From NCBI GenBank assembly GCA_951406725.2, contig OX597815.1, forward strand, positions 23,436,001 through 23,500,000: DNA of 64,000 bases. The letters are read 5' to 3'. Origin of the DNA: Octopus vulgaris (taxonomy: Eukaryota). Both the position numbers and the translations under genes were made by a program. Below the pieces are notes generated by a model. That model searched no databases. It was not told the DNA's origin and saw only the letters and a list, made by a program, of their open reading frames with translations. Of the stretch, positions 1-12,436 are shown piece after piece (position 1 is the first letter of the stretch; each line of letters begins with the position of its first letter).

Positions 1-89
1 TGATGATTCCTGTAACATGAAACTAAAGTCATGGGAACAGAATTCAATTTAATTAATATGTGTGTGCATATTTGTGTATATATATATAT

Positions 90-289
90 GTGACCTTGTC
101 TGTATCACTAGCGATTTTTTTTTCCCCTGTCTTCCCTTCTCGGGATCTTTCCTTCTCCTATGTTTCTGACGAAGAGCTCCGCTCGAAACATCAAACCCTC
201 CTTCTTCCCTTCTTTCCTGAGCGTCCAATAATACTTTATTTGTTCCATGTCCTTGCGTTGTTTTTTTGTTTTTGTTTTCTTGTTTGGAT

Positions 290-293
<4 letters not shown>
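90..293 (+). mobile_element. ~200-bp TA-flanked non-autonomous module carrying a hammerhead-like motif
   Basis: Homologous to 16405-16590 (minus). Contains CTGACGA-A-GAGC-TCC-GCTC-GAAAC. (TA)n on both sides. Confidence 0.65.
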
Positions 294-347
<54 letters not shown>

Positions 348-2659
348 TGTGTGTGATTATTTGTGTGTGCTTGTATGTATGTGTACATTTGAAATGCTAG
401 TTATAAACTAGAAGTTACACCCACCTTTTTCTTCACCCAGGTTCCACCTCATCATTACTGTTTTTGTCTCTATTTCCAGCTTTACATTGATTACTTCTAT
501 CCATTCCAGTATAATGCGTCAGCAAGAAATCTATTCCAGCTCCTTCCTTCATACTTAAACCTTTCATCATTAAGAATGAACATGCCTCCTTCTCTATGGT
601 AGTCTCACTCTCTCAAAGGGGGATCTTAGTCTTGTGAGCTACATGGCAACCTCACAAGTGCTGGTGCCATGAAAAAAGTATCCAGTACACTCTGTAAAGT
701 GGTTGGTGTTAGGAAGGGCATGCAACTGTACAAACCATACCAAAGCAGACCTTCAAGCACAAAGCAGTCCTTTGACCTGTTGGATCCTGTCAAATCATCC
801 AATCCATACTTGCATGGAAGATGGATGTTAAAAAAATGATGATTATTGTAATTAATAATTATGATATTAATGCTTTCTGATAAAGGCACAAGGTTAAGAG
901 TTTTGGGGGAAGGGAATTAGCCAATACCATTGGCCCTCATTACTTTATCTTATCAACTCTCTGAGAAGTTGCGAAGTAAATTGGCCTCTGCAGGATTTGA
1001 GCACAGAATATAGGAGCCAGAACAAATGCCAACCACAAAGCAGTTTTCCAATATTCTAAGAATTCTGCCAGCTCACCACTTTAACAATAAAGATTTCAAA
1101 TTTTGGCACAAGGCCAGCAATTTCAGAGCAGGGGTTGGGGGTGAGGGTAAATTGGTTACATCGAGTCCAGTTCGCAGCTGGTACTTCTTTTATAGACCAC
1201 AAAAAAAAATAAAAGGCAAAGTGGACTTCAGCAGAATTTGAACTCAGAATGTAAAGACCGATGAAATACTATTAAGCATTTTACCCGGTGTGCTGATGAA
1301 TCTTCCAGCTTGCTGCCTTAACAACAACAACAACAATAAAACCAAATAATGATAATAATTATAATTATAATAATAATAATATAAGTATATTTTGAACATG
1401 TACTGAATATATAACTGTTCTAATTTTACTATTTTTATTTTATTTTTTTTCCTATTTGTATATGTTTCTTGAAGTTTGTTTATAACTGTAAAAATATATT
1501 CCTAAATCCTATCATCCATGTTTCAATCCCTTCATACCTCATCTTCAGAGGATGTAGTGATGTTGGCATGAAGAGGGAGAAACAATAGATACCATATTAT
1601 ATAAGGTATCCAAACACTAAAGAATAAAACCATCTGTGAAATCAGCATACATAAGAATGATATTACTCACCATTCTGTTCAATTATTTTGTTATCTTATA
1701 TCTGAAATTGCAAAAATTGCTTTTTGATACATTTGTTGGTTGTTTATTTTATCTACTTCATAAATTTTTTATGATTAAACTTTAAGATCATTTTGATATA
1801 TTCTCACATGAACGTTATTATATCTAAATTCTAATTCATTTTTCTCATCAATGAGATTTGATTTATTATTCCATTAGTATTGGCATTGTTAGGCATCCAA
1901 ATGCCTTATTTCTGTTTTTTTTTCTCTTCCTTTTCATTGTTGGTTGTTTAAGTTGCCTGTGTTTTGAACTAATTTTTTAAAATGAATTTGCTCTTGTGCC
2001 TGCAATGTGATATCATCTCATTTCTTTTGTTGAGCAAAAATATTTGATTCTTGATCATGTTAATATTTTTCTGCAGTGTACAGGGAATCATATTCTGGAA
2101 TGGTACAGTCTATCATTGTGACATTTTTATTTGTATTAATATTGTTATACTTTAAGCTTTGATAAATGATATTGTGAAACAAATGTGTCTGTTGCATCTG
2201 ACTTTGAATATTTCACTTATTACTTTGATGTAGTTTTTGTACATTTGTCTTTATTGTCTTGTAAATAATTGATTTTTTTAAGACAATGTCTACTAAGTGG
2301 GGCATGGCTTCAATTTGTTACAGTTGTAGCTGTTTTTTTTATGTGGAATGTGGATTTCTATATATATGATAGTTTATGACTTGGATAGATTGTTTTTTTG
2401 TTTCTTGTGCAACTGTAGCTAACTTTTGTGTTTTTACTAGTGAATTTGAAATTATTGAGGATTTTTTGCATGATATAGTGCTGAGAATGAATAAGGTATT
2501 TATTTCTGGTATTATGATCATTTCAAGAAGTTTTATCATGAACAATTCAAGATGTCTAAATGACCAGATAATTTGAATGCAATAAAATATATCTGGCAGA
2601 AATTCTCTATATTTTCTTATGAAGACATCTTTGCATTATGTAATCACTGACAAATAGCT

Positions 2660-2722
2660 TACTGCTGCTGCTACTACTACTACTACTACTACTACTATTA
2701 CTACTACTACTACTACTACTAC
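2660..2722. repeat. (CTG/CTA)n trinucleotide microsatellite
   Basis: Direct reading. Confidence 0.95.
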
Positions 2723-2781
2723 AAAAACTTTGTCTAGTGTGACTTGTGAGAAATTCTTTGTTGGTGTATCTACCATTTCTA

Positions 2782-3993
2782 TAAGACTGAGTAAAAAGTA
2801 AGCAACATTTTGAAACATGAAATTCATCACAATGTATTTCAACAATGCAAAATTTTATTCATCAAAGTAAGTAACACATTTTTGCTAACAAGTTACAAGT
2901 TTGTTTATTTTGGTAGCATAAAAATCTGGAGTTCTGGAGCTGATGAACTCTTTGAACACACTTTCAGTGTCAACTTGATTTTTGAACTCTTTCTTTCACA
3001 GGAAACCATCAACATGCTTGAAAAAGTGGTAACCGGTAGGAGAAAGGTCTGGGGAATAAGCTGGGTGGGGAAGAACTTTGTAGCCAAATTCCTTTAACTT
3101 CTGGAGCATCATTAGGGAAACATGTGGTCGAGCTTTGCCATGAACAATAATTGGCCCTCTTCTTTTGACCAGTCTGGAATGGAGGAGTAGCAGTTTTTCG
3201 TTCATTTTGGCAATCTCATGGCAATATGTTTCTGCAGTAATGGTTTTTATGGGTTTTATGAAGTTATAGTGGATGAGTCCAGCAATACACCACCAAGCAG
3301 TCACCATAACATTCTTTTTGAAGGGCATAGGTTTAGGGAAGGTTTACGCTGCTTTATTTTGGTCCAGCCACTGCAAAGAACATTTTTTATTATTGTACAG
3401 AATCCACTTTTCATTGGAAGTTACAATACAGTCAAGAAATGGATCAGTCTGTTTACAGATAAGAAACGACAAGCAAATTTCATATCCGTGCATTTTCTGA
3501 TTTTCATTCAAATCGTTTGTTGAGCTTTTTTTATTTTCCGATTGCATGTAAATGGTTGCAGGCAGTTTTCTGGCTAACTTGATATTCTTTTGCCAGTTCT
3601 CATTAATGAAAGATGGGTGTCGACTACACTCATGATCATCAAGGCTCAGGTCTCCTCTGTGAAGTTGTTTAAACCAATTTCGAGCTGACCACTCACTGGT
3701 CATTTCTTCACCAAATGTTTCATTGATATCGTGAGCAGTTTCAGCTGCTTTACATCGGTTTTTGAAGTTGAATAGCAAAATTGCTCAAATATTGCACTTT
3801 GACAGTTCCATTTCAGATAATTGTAACAACAGTGAAAAAAAAGTCAATGTTAATTTATTGATGCATTTGGACAAGTCTGTGTCTGTATTATCAGACAATT
3901 TCAAAAACATGTTTAAAAAAATTCAAAACTCTGCAAAAATCCGGTACCAATTCTTCATAGTTCAAAACGTTGCTTACTTTTTACTCAACCTGA
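2782..3993 (-). mobile_element. Decayed mariner (Tc1/mariner) DNA transposon, near full length
   Basis: ~31-bp TIRs (..gagtaaaaagtaagcaac.ttttgaa / ttcaaaacgttgcttactttttactcaacctga). Frameshifted transposase with HTH (KAAETAHDINETFGEEMTSEWSARNWF), IVTSNEKW and HPAYSPDLSPTGYHFF motifs. Confidence 0.93.
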
Positions 3994-5690
3994 TTTTATT
4001 CTTGGTCTTGTGTTAGTCTAACATTTATGATGACATACTTCAGGCTACTGTTGATGTTTCTGTAACCTTTCTTGGCCAACCTCAGAAAGAAATGCAATGT
4101 ACACGGATACGAAAGACTTTCTTTAACCACCTTTTCTCACTTAAGCCTTTTGCATCAGTAAGAATCTTTCTGTTAGTTATTGTTTGCTGTGTTTTGTATT
4201 CCTAGTAATCAGTTGGTGTTTAAGTTGCATTTCTGAACCAAGTTTATTGGCTAATGATGAAGAACTTATGTTCCTGTCTGTCCATAGTTTGTGCTGTGTT
4301 TGTGTAGTCTGACAATTATTAAATTAAGTTATGCCAAAAGGTAAAATAAGGTTTATGATAATCCACAAATGGTCAACATAATGCCCATAAGTATGAAGAG
4401 TTTATACTCAACTGGGTTTTGATAAGTATAATCCCATTATTTGTTTGCCTCCATAGTTTTTGAGCAGGTTGTTGACACTTTCTTAAAGTTGTTTGAATTA
4501 AGGGCAGAATGAGCAATACACTAATTTGTGTCAGGTTCTTGATATAAAAACAAGAAACCCTATTTGATCTCATTTGATATAAAATATTGCACTTTGGCTT
4601 GTGCAAACCAAGCCACTAGACGTGTCTTCCAAAATTCTGCTAATTATCCTAATGACACAATAGTTAATTAGGAAAGTGCTATAGCCTCTGCTATGTCTTC
4701 AAATGCAAAAATAAACTTAATTTGAACAATCATTTAAGCCAGTAGTTCCCAAAATTTTTCAGGCTTCCACCCGCTTGGTACTTAGGCCACATTCCTAGCC
4801 CCCCCCCCACACACACACACACACACCATCACCATAGAACACTTTTTGTAGCAAACTCAAAACAACTGTATTTCACGAATAAAAATTAACCTAATTAATT
4901 CATTATTTTTGGTATTTTTTTACATCCATTGCCCCTTTTTGGTCACCCCATTATTGCATTTGGGAATAGTGCTTAGTGCTGTATCCAATGGGCTGCCAGA
5001 GGAAGTATCTAGGTTACGGAAAAGATGATTTTTCATGTAATGAAAAGACAATGTACCAGAATAGTTTCCTACTGCCTTCTACAAACCCACAGGAGATTTG
5101 AACTCTGTACTCCTAGGCAATGGAACACTTGTTACTATATAGTACTCCAGCTACTTCAAGAAGTGAGCTGTATTTATTTATAGAAAGATGACTTAGTGTG
5201 TATTATGACCAGGGACAAAAGACAATGGTAAAAACCAGACACAAACCAGTAACCTTTCAGTAAACATACCACTACTTGACTTAACCCCCTCAGCCAACAC
5301 TTCACTTCAAGCATTTGTATGTATTTTACATAGTTTATTTTTATTTTACAAAACAGTAAACATTTGTTCTCTTATATTAAGTCCTTATACTGTTGCTAAA
5401 GGCAAAATAACTACAACGTAAGAATCTAACGAAATATGCAAAATGAATTGTTTACTACCATGTAAAAGCAAAAACTAAAATTATGAAAAAGTTAAATATT
5501 TGAAGAGAAATGTTGAGGGGCAGTTTAACCACATAAATAGTCTAAACTCAAGGTTTACTAGTTTGTTTTGTATTTTGTTTCTGAGAATGGACATCTATTT
5601 ATAGGGTCATCTAACAGTAATACAAGTTTTTAATAACTTACGCTAATACTTAAATTTCTAAATTGGCATTGTCTATGAAAGTCTGGGACA

Positions 5691-5983
5691 TCTTTATATA
5701 TAAAGTGAAGTTGTGTGTCTGTCTCCTATGATTTAGATTCCTAACTACTCCCACATTTTGCGGTGCAGTTTAACCAAAACCGGGTATCTTATAGTCGTGA
5801 TTCATATCAAGCCCTTCTGTGTATTAGCGCGCGTCTATGTTGAGTCTACGATTTAAAAAAAATTTACCATAATTTTTTCCCATTTTTAATGCATTTTTTT
5901 GCTATTATATAAGGGAATTCTCTAAAAATGCTTATATAGTTATTTCCCTTACAAACCCGAGCAACGCCGGGCGATACTGCTAG
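5691..5983 (+). mobile_element. Non-autonomous Helitron-like element
   Basis: A|TC 5' end, subterminal hairpin cccgagcaacgccggg, CTAG|T 3' end. Second copy at 24610-24913. Confidence 0.8.
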
Positions 5984-6150
5984 TTGGATATAAAAAGCAG
6001 AAAAAGAGAGAATGTAAAGCTCCAATAGTTTATATAAATATTGAAAATAATTATTTTTGTTTTCTTTTAAATGAATGTAAGATTCTTATATAGTTACAAT
6101 ACTTCAGTTGAACACCAGTAGAAGGTATAGTCTATTGTTCATGTTCTACT

Positions 6151-6390
6151 TTACCCTTCAGCATTTAAGCCAGCTGTATCCAGTCCATATATTCTACATA
6201 AAAATATACTTGTTTTATGTTCAAACTAGTCATAATAGGCCTCCCACATCTAACCTATAATGTCATTCCAAAAATAAACAATCACTTCATCAAAATTTCA
6301 AAGCGACAGAATAATGCATAATTAATTCAAAACAAATGTGAATGAAAAAGCATTTCATTTGACAGAGTAATCTGAATATTAAAGAGTTAA
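6151..6390 (+). mobile_element. piggyBac-type MITE related to the 27504-29296 termini
   Basis: Reads ttacccttcagcatttaa ... tctgaatattaaagagttaa and shares internal sequence with 30686-30903. Confidence 0.7.
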
Positions 6391-6822
6391 ACACATATTA
6401 AAAATAAAAACCTGGCAAACTGGCCTTTTCTAGTCTATAAGGCTACTCTTTTGAATGAATGCAAACTTTTGCTACTTAAAAAATTAAATAAATAAAAGGA
6501 AGAAGCTATTATATATATAAATTTCTATGTACATATATAACTGCAATTTAATGATTTTTTTATTTTTCTCAAATTAATTATAAATTCTAAAATGTAAAAT
6601 TTTGTTGAATAAAAGTTAATCAATTGATTTTTTATAAAATACTTTTTGTTGTTTCATTTAATTTGAGAAAATACCTGAGAGCGATTGCAAAACTACTGAG
6701 ATTTGACTCCTGATTGAAGTCATTTTGTTTTTACTATATGGGTAAATATTTTTGGTGTGGACTCTTAAAACTTAAACTCTGCATTTTGCTGGACCAAAGA
6801 AAACCACTTTCATATACCCACT

Positions 6823-7052
6823 CGGCGAGCTGGCAGAAACGTTAGCATGCCGGGCGAAATACGTAGCCGTATTTCGTCTGCCGTTACGTTCTGAGTTCAA
6901 ATTCCGCCGAGGTCGACTTTGCCTTTCATCCTTTCGAGGTCGATAAATTAAGTACCAGTTATGCACTGGAGGTCGATGTAATCGACTTAATCCGTTTGTC
7001 TGTCCTTGTTTGTCCCCTCTGTGTTTGGCCCCTTGTGGGTAGTAAAGAAATA
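6823..7052 (+). mobile_element. SINE family B; other copies 23566-23796, 63612-63810 (+), 39104-39336 (-), degenerate copies at 880-1320, 7340-7550, 7978-8155, 46620-47070
   Basis: Reads ggcgagctggcagaaacgttagc...gagttcaaattcc...gcctttcatcctttcggggtcgataaa. Target-site duplications: tatacccactc here, taggacctcctaag at 23552/23801. Confidence 0.85.
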
Positions 7053-7570
7053 TAAATATATACCCACTCTTGATACATTACAAGCAGTGGTCAGAGGTTT
7101 ATATATGCTAATTGAAAAAAAGGAGAAAAAAAAAAAAAGTTAAATTGGATTAAAAATAAATTAAAACATTCCATCATTGAATACATTAGATCAAGTCCCA
7201 CTCTTCCAACTATTGATTTCAACAGTAATTTATAGGTACAAGAAGCAAGCAAAGTGGAATTACTCAACCAGGGGCCAACCGAACCCGCATAGCTTACAGG
7301 TATAACAAAAACAACAGTAATGTAAATAATAATAATGGTTTCGAATTTTGGCACTAGGCCAGCAATTTTGGGGAGGGATAAGTCAATTATATTGACCTCA
7401 GAATCCAACTGGTACTTATTTTATCGACCATGAAAAGATTAAAAGCAAAGTCAACCTCAGCAGAATTTGAGCTCAGAACAAAGATGGATAGAATGCCACA
7501 AAGCATTTTTCCCTGCATGCTAACAAGTCTATCAGCTTGCTACCTTAACAAAAAATAATCATTTCTAATA

Positions 7571-7977
7571 TACTCTCTTTTACTTGTTTCAGTCATTTGA
7601 CTGCAGCCATGCTGGAGCACCGCCTTTAATCGAGCAACTCGACCCCGGGACTTATTACTTTGTAAGCCCAGTACTTATTCTATCGGTCCCTTTTGCCGAA
7701 CCGCTAAGTGACGGGAACATAAACACACCAGTATCGGTTGTCAAGCAATGCTAGGGGGACAAACACAGACACACAAACACACACACGCATATACATATAT
7801 ATACATATATACGACGGGCTTCTTTCAGTTTCCGCCTACCAAATCCACTCACAAGGCTTTGGTCGGCCCGAGGCTATAGTAGAAGACACTTGCCCAAGGT
7901 GCCACGCAGTGGGACTGAACCCGGAACCATGTGGTTGGTAAACAAGCTACTTACCACACAGCCACTCCTGCGCCTAT
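7571..7977 (-). mobile_element. tRNA-derived SINE family A; other copies ~15490-15753, 17886-18222, 19264-19665, 36427-36852, 38415-38809, 43551-43921 (-), 58497-58866 (+)
   Basis: Head ggcgcaggagtggctgtgtggtaag...ggttcagtcccactgcgtggcacc (Pol III A/B-box-like), internal (CA/TA) tract and aagag tail. Many near-identical copies in the window. Confidence 0.85.
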
Positions 7978-8519
7978 GTAGGCACAAGGTCTATATTTTG
8001 GGGAAGAGGCTAGTTGATTAGACTGATCCCAGTGTATCACTGGTACTTAATTTATTGACCCTGAAAGGAATATGAACTCAGAATGTAGTGACTGGCGAAA
8101 TACCTCTAAGCATTTCGCCCAATGCACTAACGATCCTGCCAGCTTGCTGCCTTGACAATAATAATTATAATAATAATTCATTCTAATATAGGCACAAAGG
8201 CTGAAATTTTGGGGATAGGGGTTAGTTGATTATATATTGACCTCCAGTATTTCACTGGTGCTGTGTGTGAGGATAGAGTGGAGTACAAAGAGGTCCCTTT
8301 GTTAGTGCATGCAGGAGGGCAGTGTTCCTAAGAGAAAACAAAATAGCTGTTCATTCCAGTTGAGTAGGCAGTTCTTAGACTGAAAATAAGCTGCAAAGAA
8401 GAAACAATTGATCCCTGATGTAAAATGTCACTGCTGACAGAGTGATTCAAGTTTCTGTGTTCAAGCAATTCTGAATGATTATCTACTGACAAAGTGATTA
8501 TTCTTCATCACCCTGGATC

Positions 8520-9423
8520 CCGGAATACCTCGCTGTGCTTGAGGAGACCTATTGAGTCAAGTACATGAACATCGAAATAAATATCAATGGAAATAGTAGT
8601 TGTGATACCTGTGCCAGTGGCACATAAAAAGCACCGTCCGTACGTGGCCGTTGCCAGCGCCGCCTCGACTGGCTTCTGTGCCGGTGGCACATAAAAATCA
8701 CCATCCAAACGTGGCCGTTGCCAGCGCTGCCTTGGCTGGCTTCCGTGCTGGTGGCACGTTAAAAGCTCCAACCAATCGTGGCCGATGCCGAACGCCTCTG
8801 GCACCTGTGCAGGTGGCACGTTAAAAGCACCCACTACACTTGCGGAGTGGTTGGCGTTAGGAAGGGCATCCAGCTGTAGAAACTCTGCCAGATCAGACTG
8901 GAGCCTGGTGCAGCCCCTGGCTTCCCAGACCCCGGTCGAACCGTCCAACATCTTATATTGACTTAATTCCTTCTTACACATCACTTGTACCATTTTTTGT
9001 ACCACAAAAAATAAAAACTGTTTTATTTCATAAAATGCCATCAATGTAGCATGTTGGTAAGTGAAACAATTTCATTAGAAATCAAAAACTAGCCTACGAA
9101 ATGAGATCACAATGGAAATTGTAGCTGTGATACCTGTGCCGGTGGCACATAAGAGAACCATCCGAACTGGCTTCCGTGCCGGTGGCACGTAAAAAGCACC
9201 ATCCAATCGTGGCCGTTTGCCAGCCTCATCTGGCACCTGTGCTGGTGGCATGTAAAAAGCACCCACTACGTTCATGGAGTGGTTGGCGTTAGGAAGGGCA
9301 TCCAGCTGTAGAAACATTGCCAGACCAGACTGGGCCTGGTGCAGCCTTCTGGCTTCCCAGACCCCAGTTGAACCATCCAACCCATGCCAGCATAGAAGAT
9401 GGATGCTAAACGATGATGATGAT
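8520..9423 (+). mobile_element. Two copies of SINE-like family D with (GAT)n tail and internal GTGCC-GGT-GGCAC units; others at ~13768, 21955, 25337, 32270, 33180, 37500, 40300
   Basis: Shared 3' end ggttggcgttaggaagggcatccagctgtagaaac...caacccatgc(t/c)agcatggaa...cgttaaacgatgatgat, and a variable number of ~50-60 bp internal units. Confidence 0.8.
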
Positions 9424-9664
9424 TATGTAGTGCTTGCCAAGTTGTGTGTAATATATTGTATAGCTTTAAAAATATGATTTATTCATAATTAATGAAATTA
9501 CTACTGAAAACTATAGTTTCTAAGTAGTCAAGAGAGGACTAGATAACAAACATTACATAGTATTTTTCTAAATGTACATACACAAACAAGCTCTGATCTA
9601 ACAATGGAAAATAAATTTACTTAATTAAAGAAGAAACACCACAACGCAATAAATGATTATAATA

Positions 9665-9670
9665 TTTATT
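9665..9670 (-). promoter_or_regulatory. Putative polyadenylation signal AATAAA of CERT1
   Basis: Reads tttatt on the + strand, with a downstream GU-rich tract at ~9626-9650 on the minus strand. Confidence 0.45.
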
Positions 9671-11432
9671 TTTAAATTCAGTTTGCCAAGAGTTTTTACT
9701 AGCAATGTTCACCAAAAAAAAATATACATTTGTTGTCAACTGTTAGATGTGTTTAGAGCATTGAAGCCTTCACAGCTCCAGCTATAATACACTATAGCAC
9801 AGCAGTTGTATGAGCATGTCTCAAAGAATCAAAACACAGTTCCTGATTCACCCAAGAAGAACAGCAGCAGTGGTGATGATGATGGTGGTGGTGGTGGTGG
9901 TGGTGATGTAGGTAATAGCAGTTAGTATAGTTGTCATAGCCAGTAAACTGGAACTTTGCCCAACAACATTTCTTGTTAAATCCAAACGTAGTGATTTGAT
10001 TTTAATATTTATTTTCATCTTTTTTTTTTAAATATTTTATTAATTTTTTAAACAATATTTTAATTTTTTTTTTTTTGTATTTAAGAGCAATAATAACATA
10101 TAAAATTTCACCAACTTCTTCCCAGACATTTTTAAAAAATAGATTATTTTTTGAAGAAGCAATGAAAAACTAAATAAGAGATGAAGAATCAAATTTCAGA
10201 TATGGAAAAGAATTCAAAAGAGAACATTATGTAATATATACAAATATTAGCTTATTGTTCTGAACAGAGAGAATAATTTAGGTATTTTAAGCTTGTTTAA
10301 ACACAATTCTTAGCACAACTGCCTGCTGTTACTGAATCATAATAACAACAGATGAGTGAGAAATCCAAAATACTTTTAAACAAAGAGAGGCGGGTGAAGA
10401 GAGTAGAAATATAACATTTTCTCTACCACTTCAGGAGTTTAAGAAACTGGTTTAACCACAAGAATATATTGCTCTACAAGCCTGATGCAGGCTAAAATAT
10501 GAATGCAATCAGCTATTCTTCCTGAACCAATAACTCTCCTTCGGATGACTAGTTAGTATCCATTTGCAGGAGCTCAAACAATTTAACCAATGTGGGATAC
10601 AGTTCTGAAGCAAAACATAAAAAAACATTACCGTTCCTTCAGAACTACAACCCCCATCTGTTATAAATCCATGAAAATGGTTTGTTTTAAACTTTAACAT
10701 AACAGTCATATTAAATTCCAAAATAAGCAGGGCACAACAACAACACTAATCAGTGATATTTCTTAAAATATAACTACAACTTCAACAGTATAAATAAAAT
10801 AAAAAAACCCAAACAGTGTCTTAATATTTTTCAGAGGGAAAACAAAACAAAAAAAAACAAAAAAAACAATATTCGAAGAAGAAAATTTGTTAAATTCACT
10901 AAGCTTTACAATCTTAGTTCTTCATAGAAAAAGTTTCAGATGTAGAATATTGAAAGAAATAAAATAGCTAAATATTCTAATTTAGTGCCAGCAGTTCTTT
11001 GAAGAGGATTGTGAGCAAAATAACGTTTTTATGATGATATTCAGCAAGGTTTTTTTTTTTAGAATTTCAAAACAAACATTGAAGATAATTCATAGAAAAA
11101 AAAATAGAAAAAACCGATTTAGTTAATAACAATATTCATCTCTAAATAGGCCCAGGCCTGAAAGTTTGGGGGATGGGGCTAGTCAATTATATCAACCCCA
11201 AAACTTGACTGGGACTTCATTTTATCAACCCTGAAAGGATGAAAAGCAAAGTCAACCTTGGTGACCTTTGAACTCAGAATGCAAAACCAGAAGAAATACG
11301 GCTAAGCATTTTGTCTGGCCTGTTCGCCATCTTAATAATAATAATAATAACAAAATGAAATAAATATTATAGCTATGTACTAAAAAAACTGTAATATAAG
11401 GCAGAATTGGAAAAGACAGAAGTGGCAAAATT

Positions 11433-11478
<46 letters not shown>

Positions 11479-11893
11479 GCATATATATGTATATGCATAT
11501 ATATATGTATATGTATATATATATATGCATATATATAGATATATGCATATGCATATATATGTATATGCATATATATATATATGCATATGTATATATATAT
11601 GCATATGTATATATATATATGCATATGTATATATATATATATGCATGTGTATATATATATATATGCATATGTATATATATATATGCATATGTATATATAT
11701 ATATATGCATATGTATATATATATATATATGCATATATTATATATATATCATATGTATATATATATATATGCATATGTGTGTATATATATATATATATGC
11801 ATATGTGTGTATATATATGCATATGCATATATATATATATATACACACATATATATCATCGTTTAATGTCCGCCTTCCATGCTGGCATGGGTT

Positions 11894-11926
<33 letters not shown>
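11433..11926. repeat. Compound (TA)n / ATATGCATATGT minisatellite
   Basis: Tandem ~18-22 bp units atatatatgcatatgtat. Confidence 0.95.
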
Positions 11927-11929
<3 letters not shown>

Positions 11930-12403
11930 ATACATAATCATACCCATATTGCAATAGGTATGTGAACATATACAGATAAAAGAAATGTAATAAACACTAA
12001 TAGGAATTCAACTCATGAAAAATTGTAATGTTTGCATTGCAATTTGATATTAATTTTTATAAAAACTTAAAGACTCTTTTGTATTTTCTGTGTTTATGTG
12101 AGTGAGTGTGAGCAAGCGCACGCGTGTAAGTGTGTGTGTGTGAGCAAACTCACTTGTGTGTAGTTTCAAGAGGGGGAGTTTATAGTTATGTACATAATAT
12201 TGAATTTCTTAGCTCTTTATGTGTAATGTGTGTGTGTGTGTGTGTGTATATCTCCGGGAATTTAAGAAAGAGAATACGTTTTTGCGGAATTTATTCAAAG
12301 CTGAGGTTTCACTCTTTTGCTCCTCAAAGTTTCATGGTTACAGGAAATGTAGAGAGCAACCTAGTGAGGACTCGGTTTCAAATAGATGAGCGAAAATGTG
12401 TGA

Positions 12404-12436
<33 letters not shown>

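Noticed and set aside
8600-8830. CRISPR-like repeat/spacer appearance
   Set aside because: The context is eukaryotic, the spacers are mutually homologous, there are no cas genes, and the array is part of a SINE.
8508-9477. Recurring ORFs containing FLQLDALPNANHS (also 22004, 25386, 32306, 37534)
   Set aside because: Chance reading frames of SINE family D, with frames not conserved between copies.
11252-11947. Many overlapping 85-160 aa ORFs (YIYI/MHIY repeats); similar ones at 15976-16665 and 58281-58747
   Set aside because: They are translations of TA/CA microsatellites that lack stop codons, not genes.
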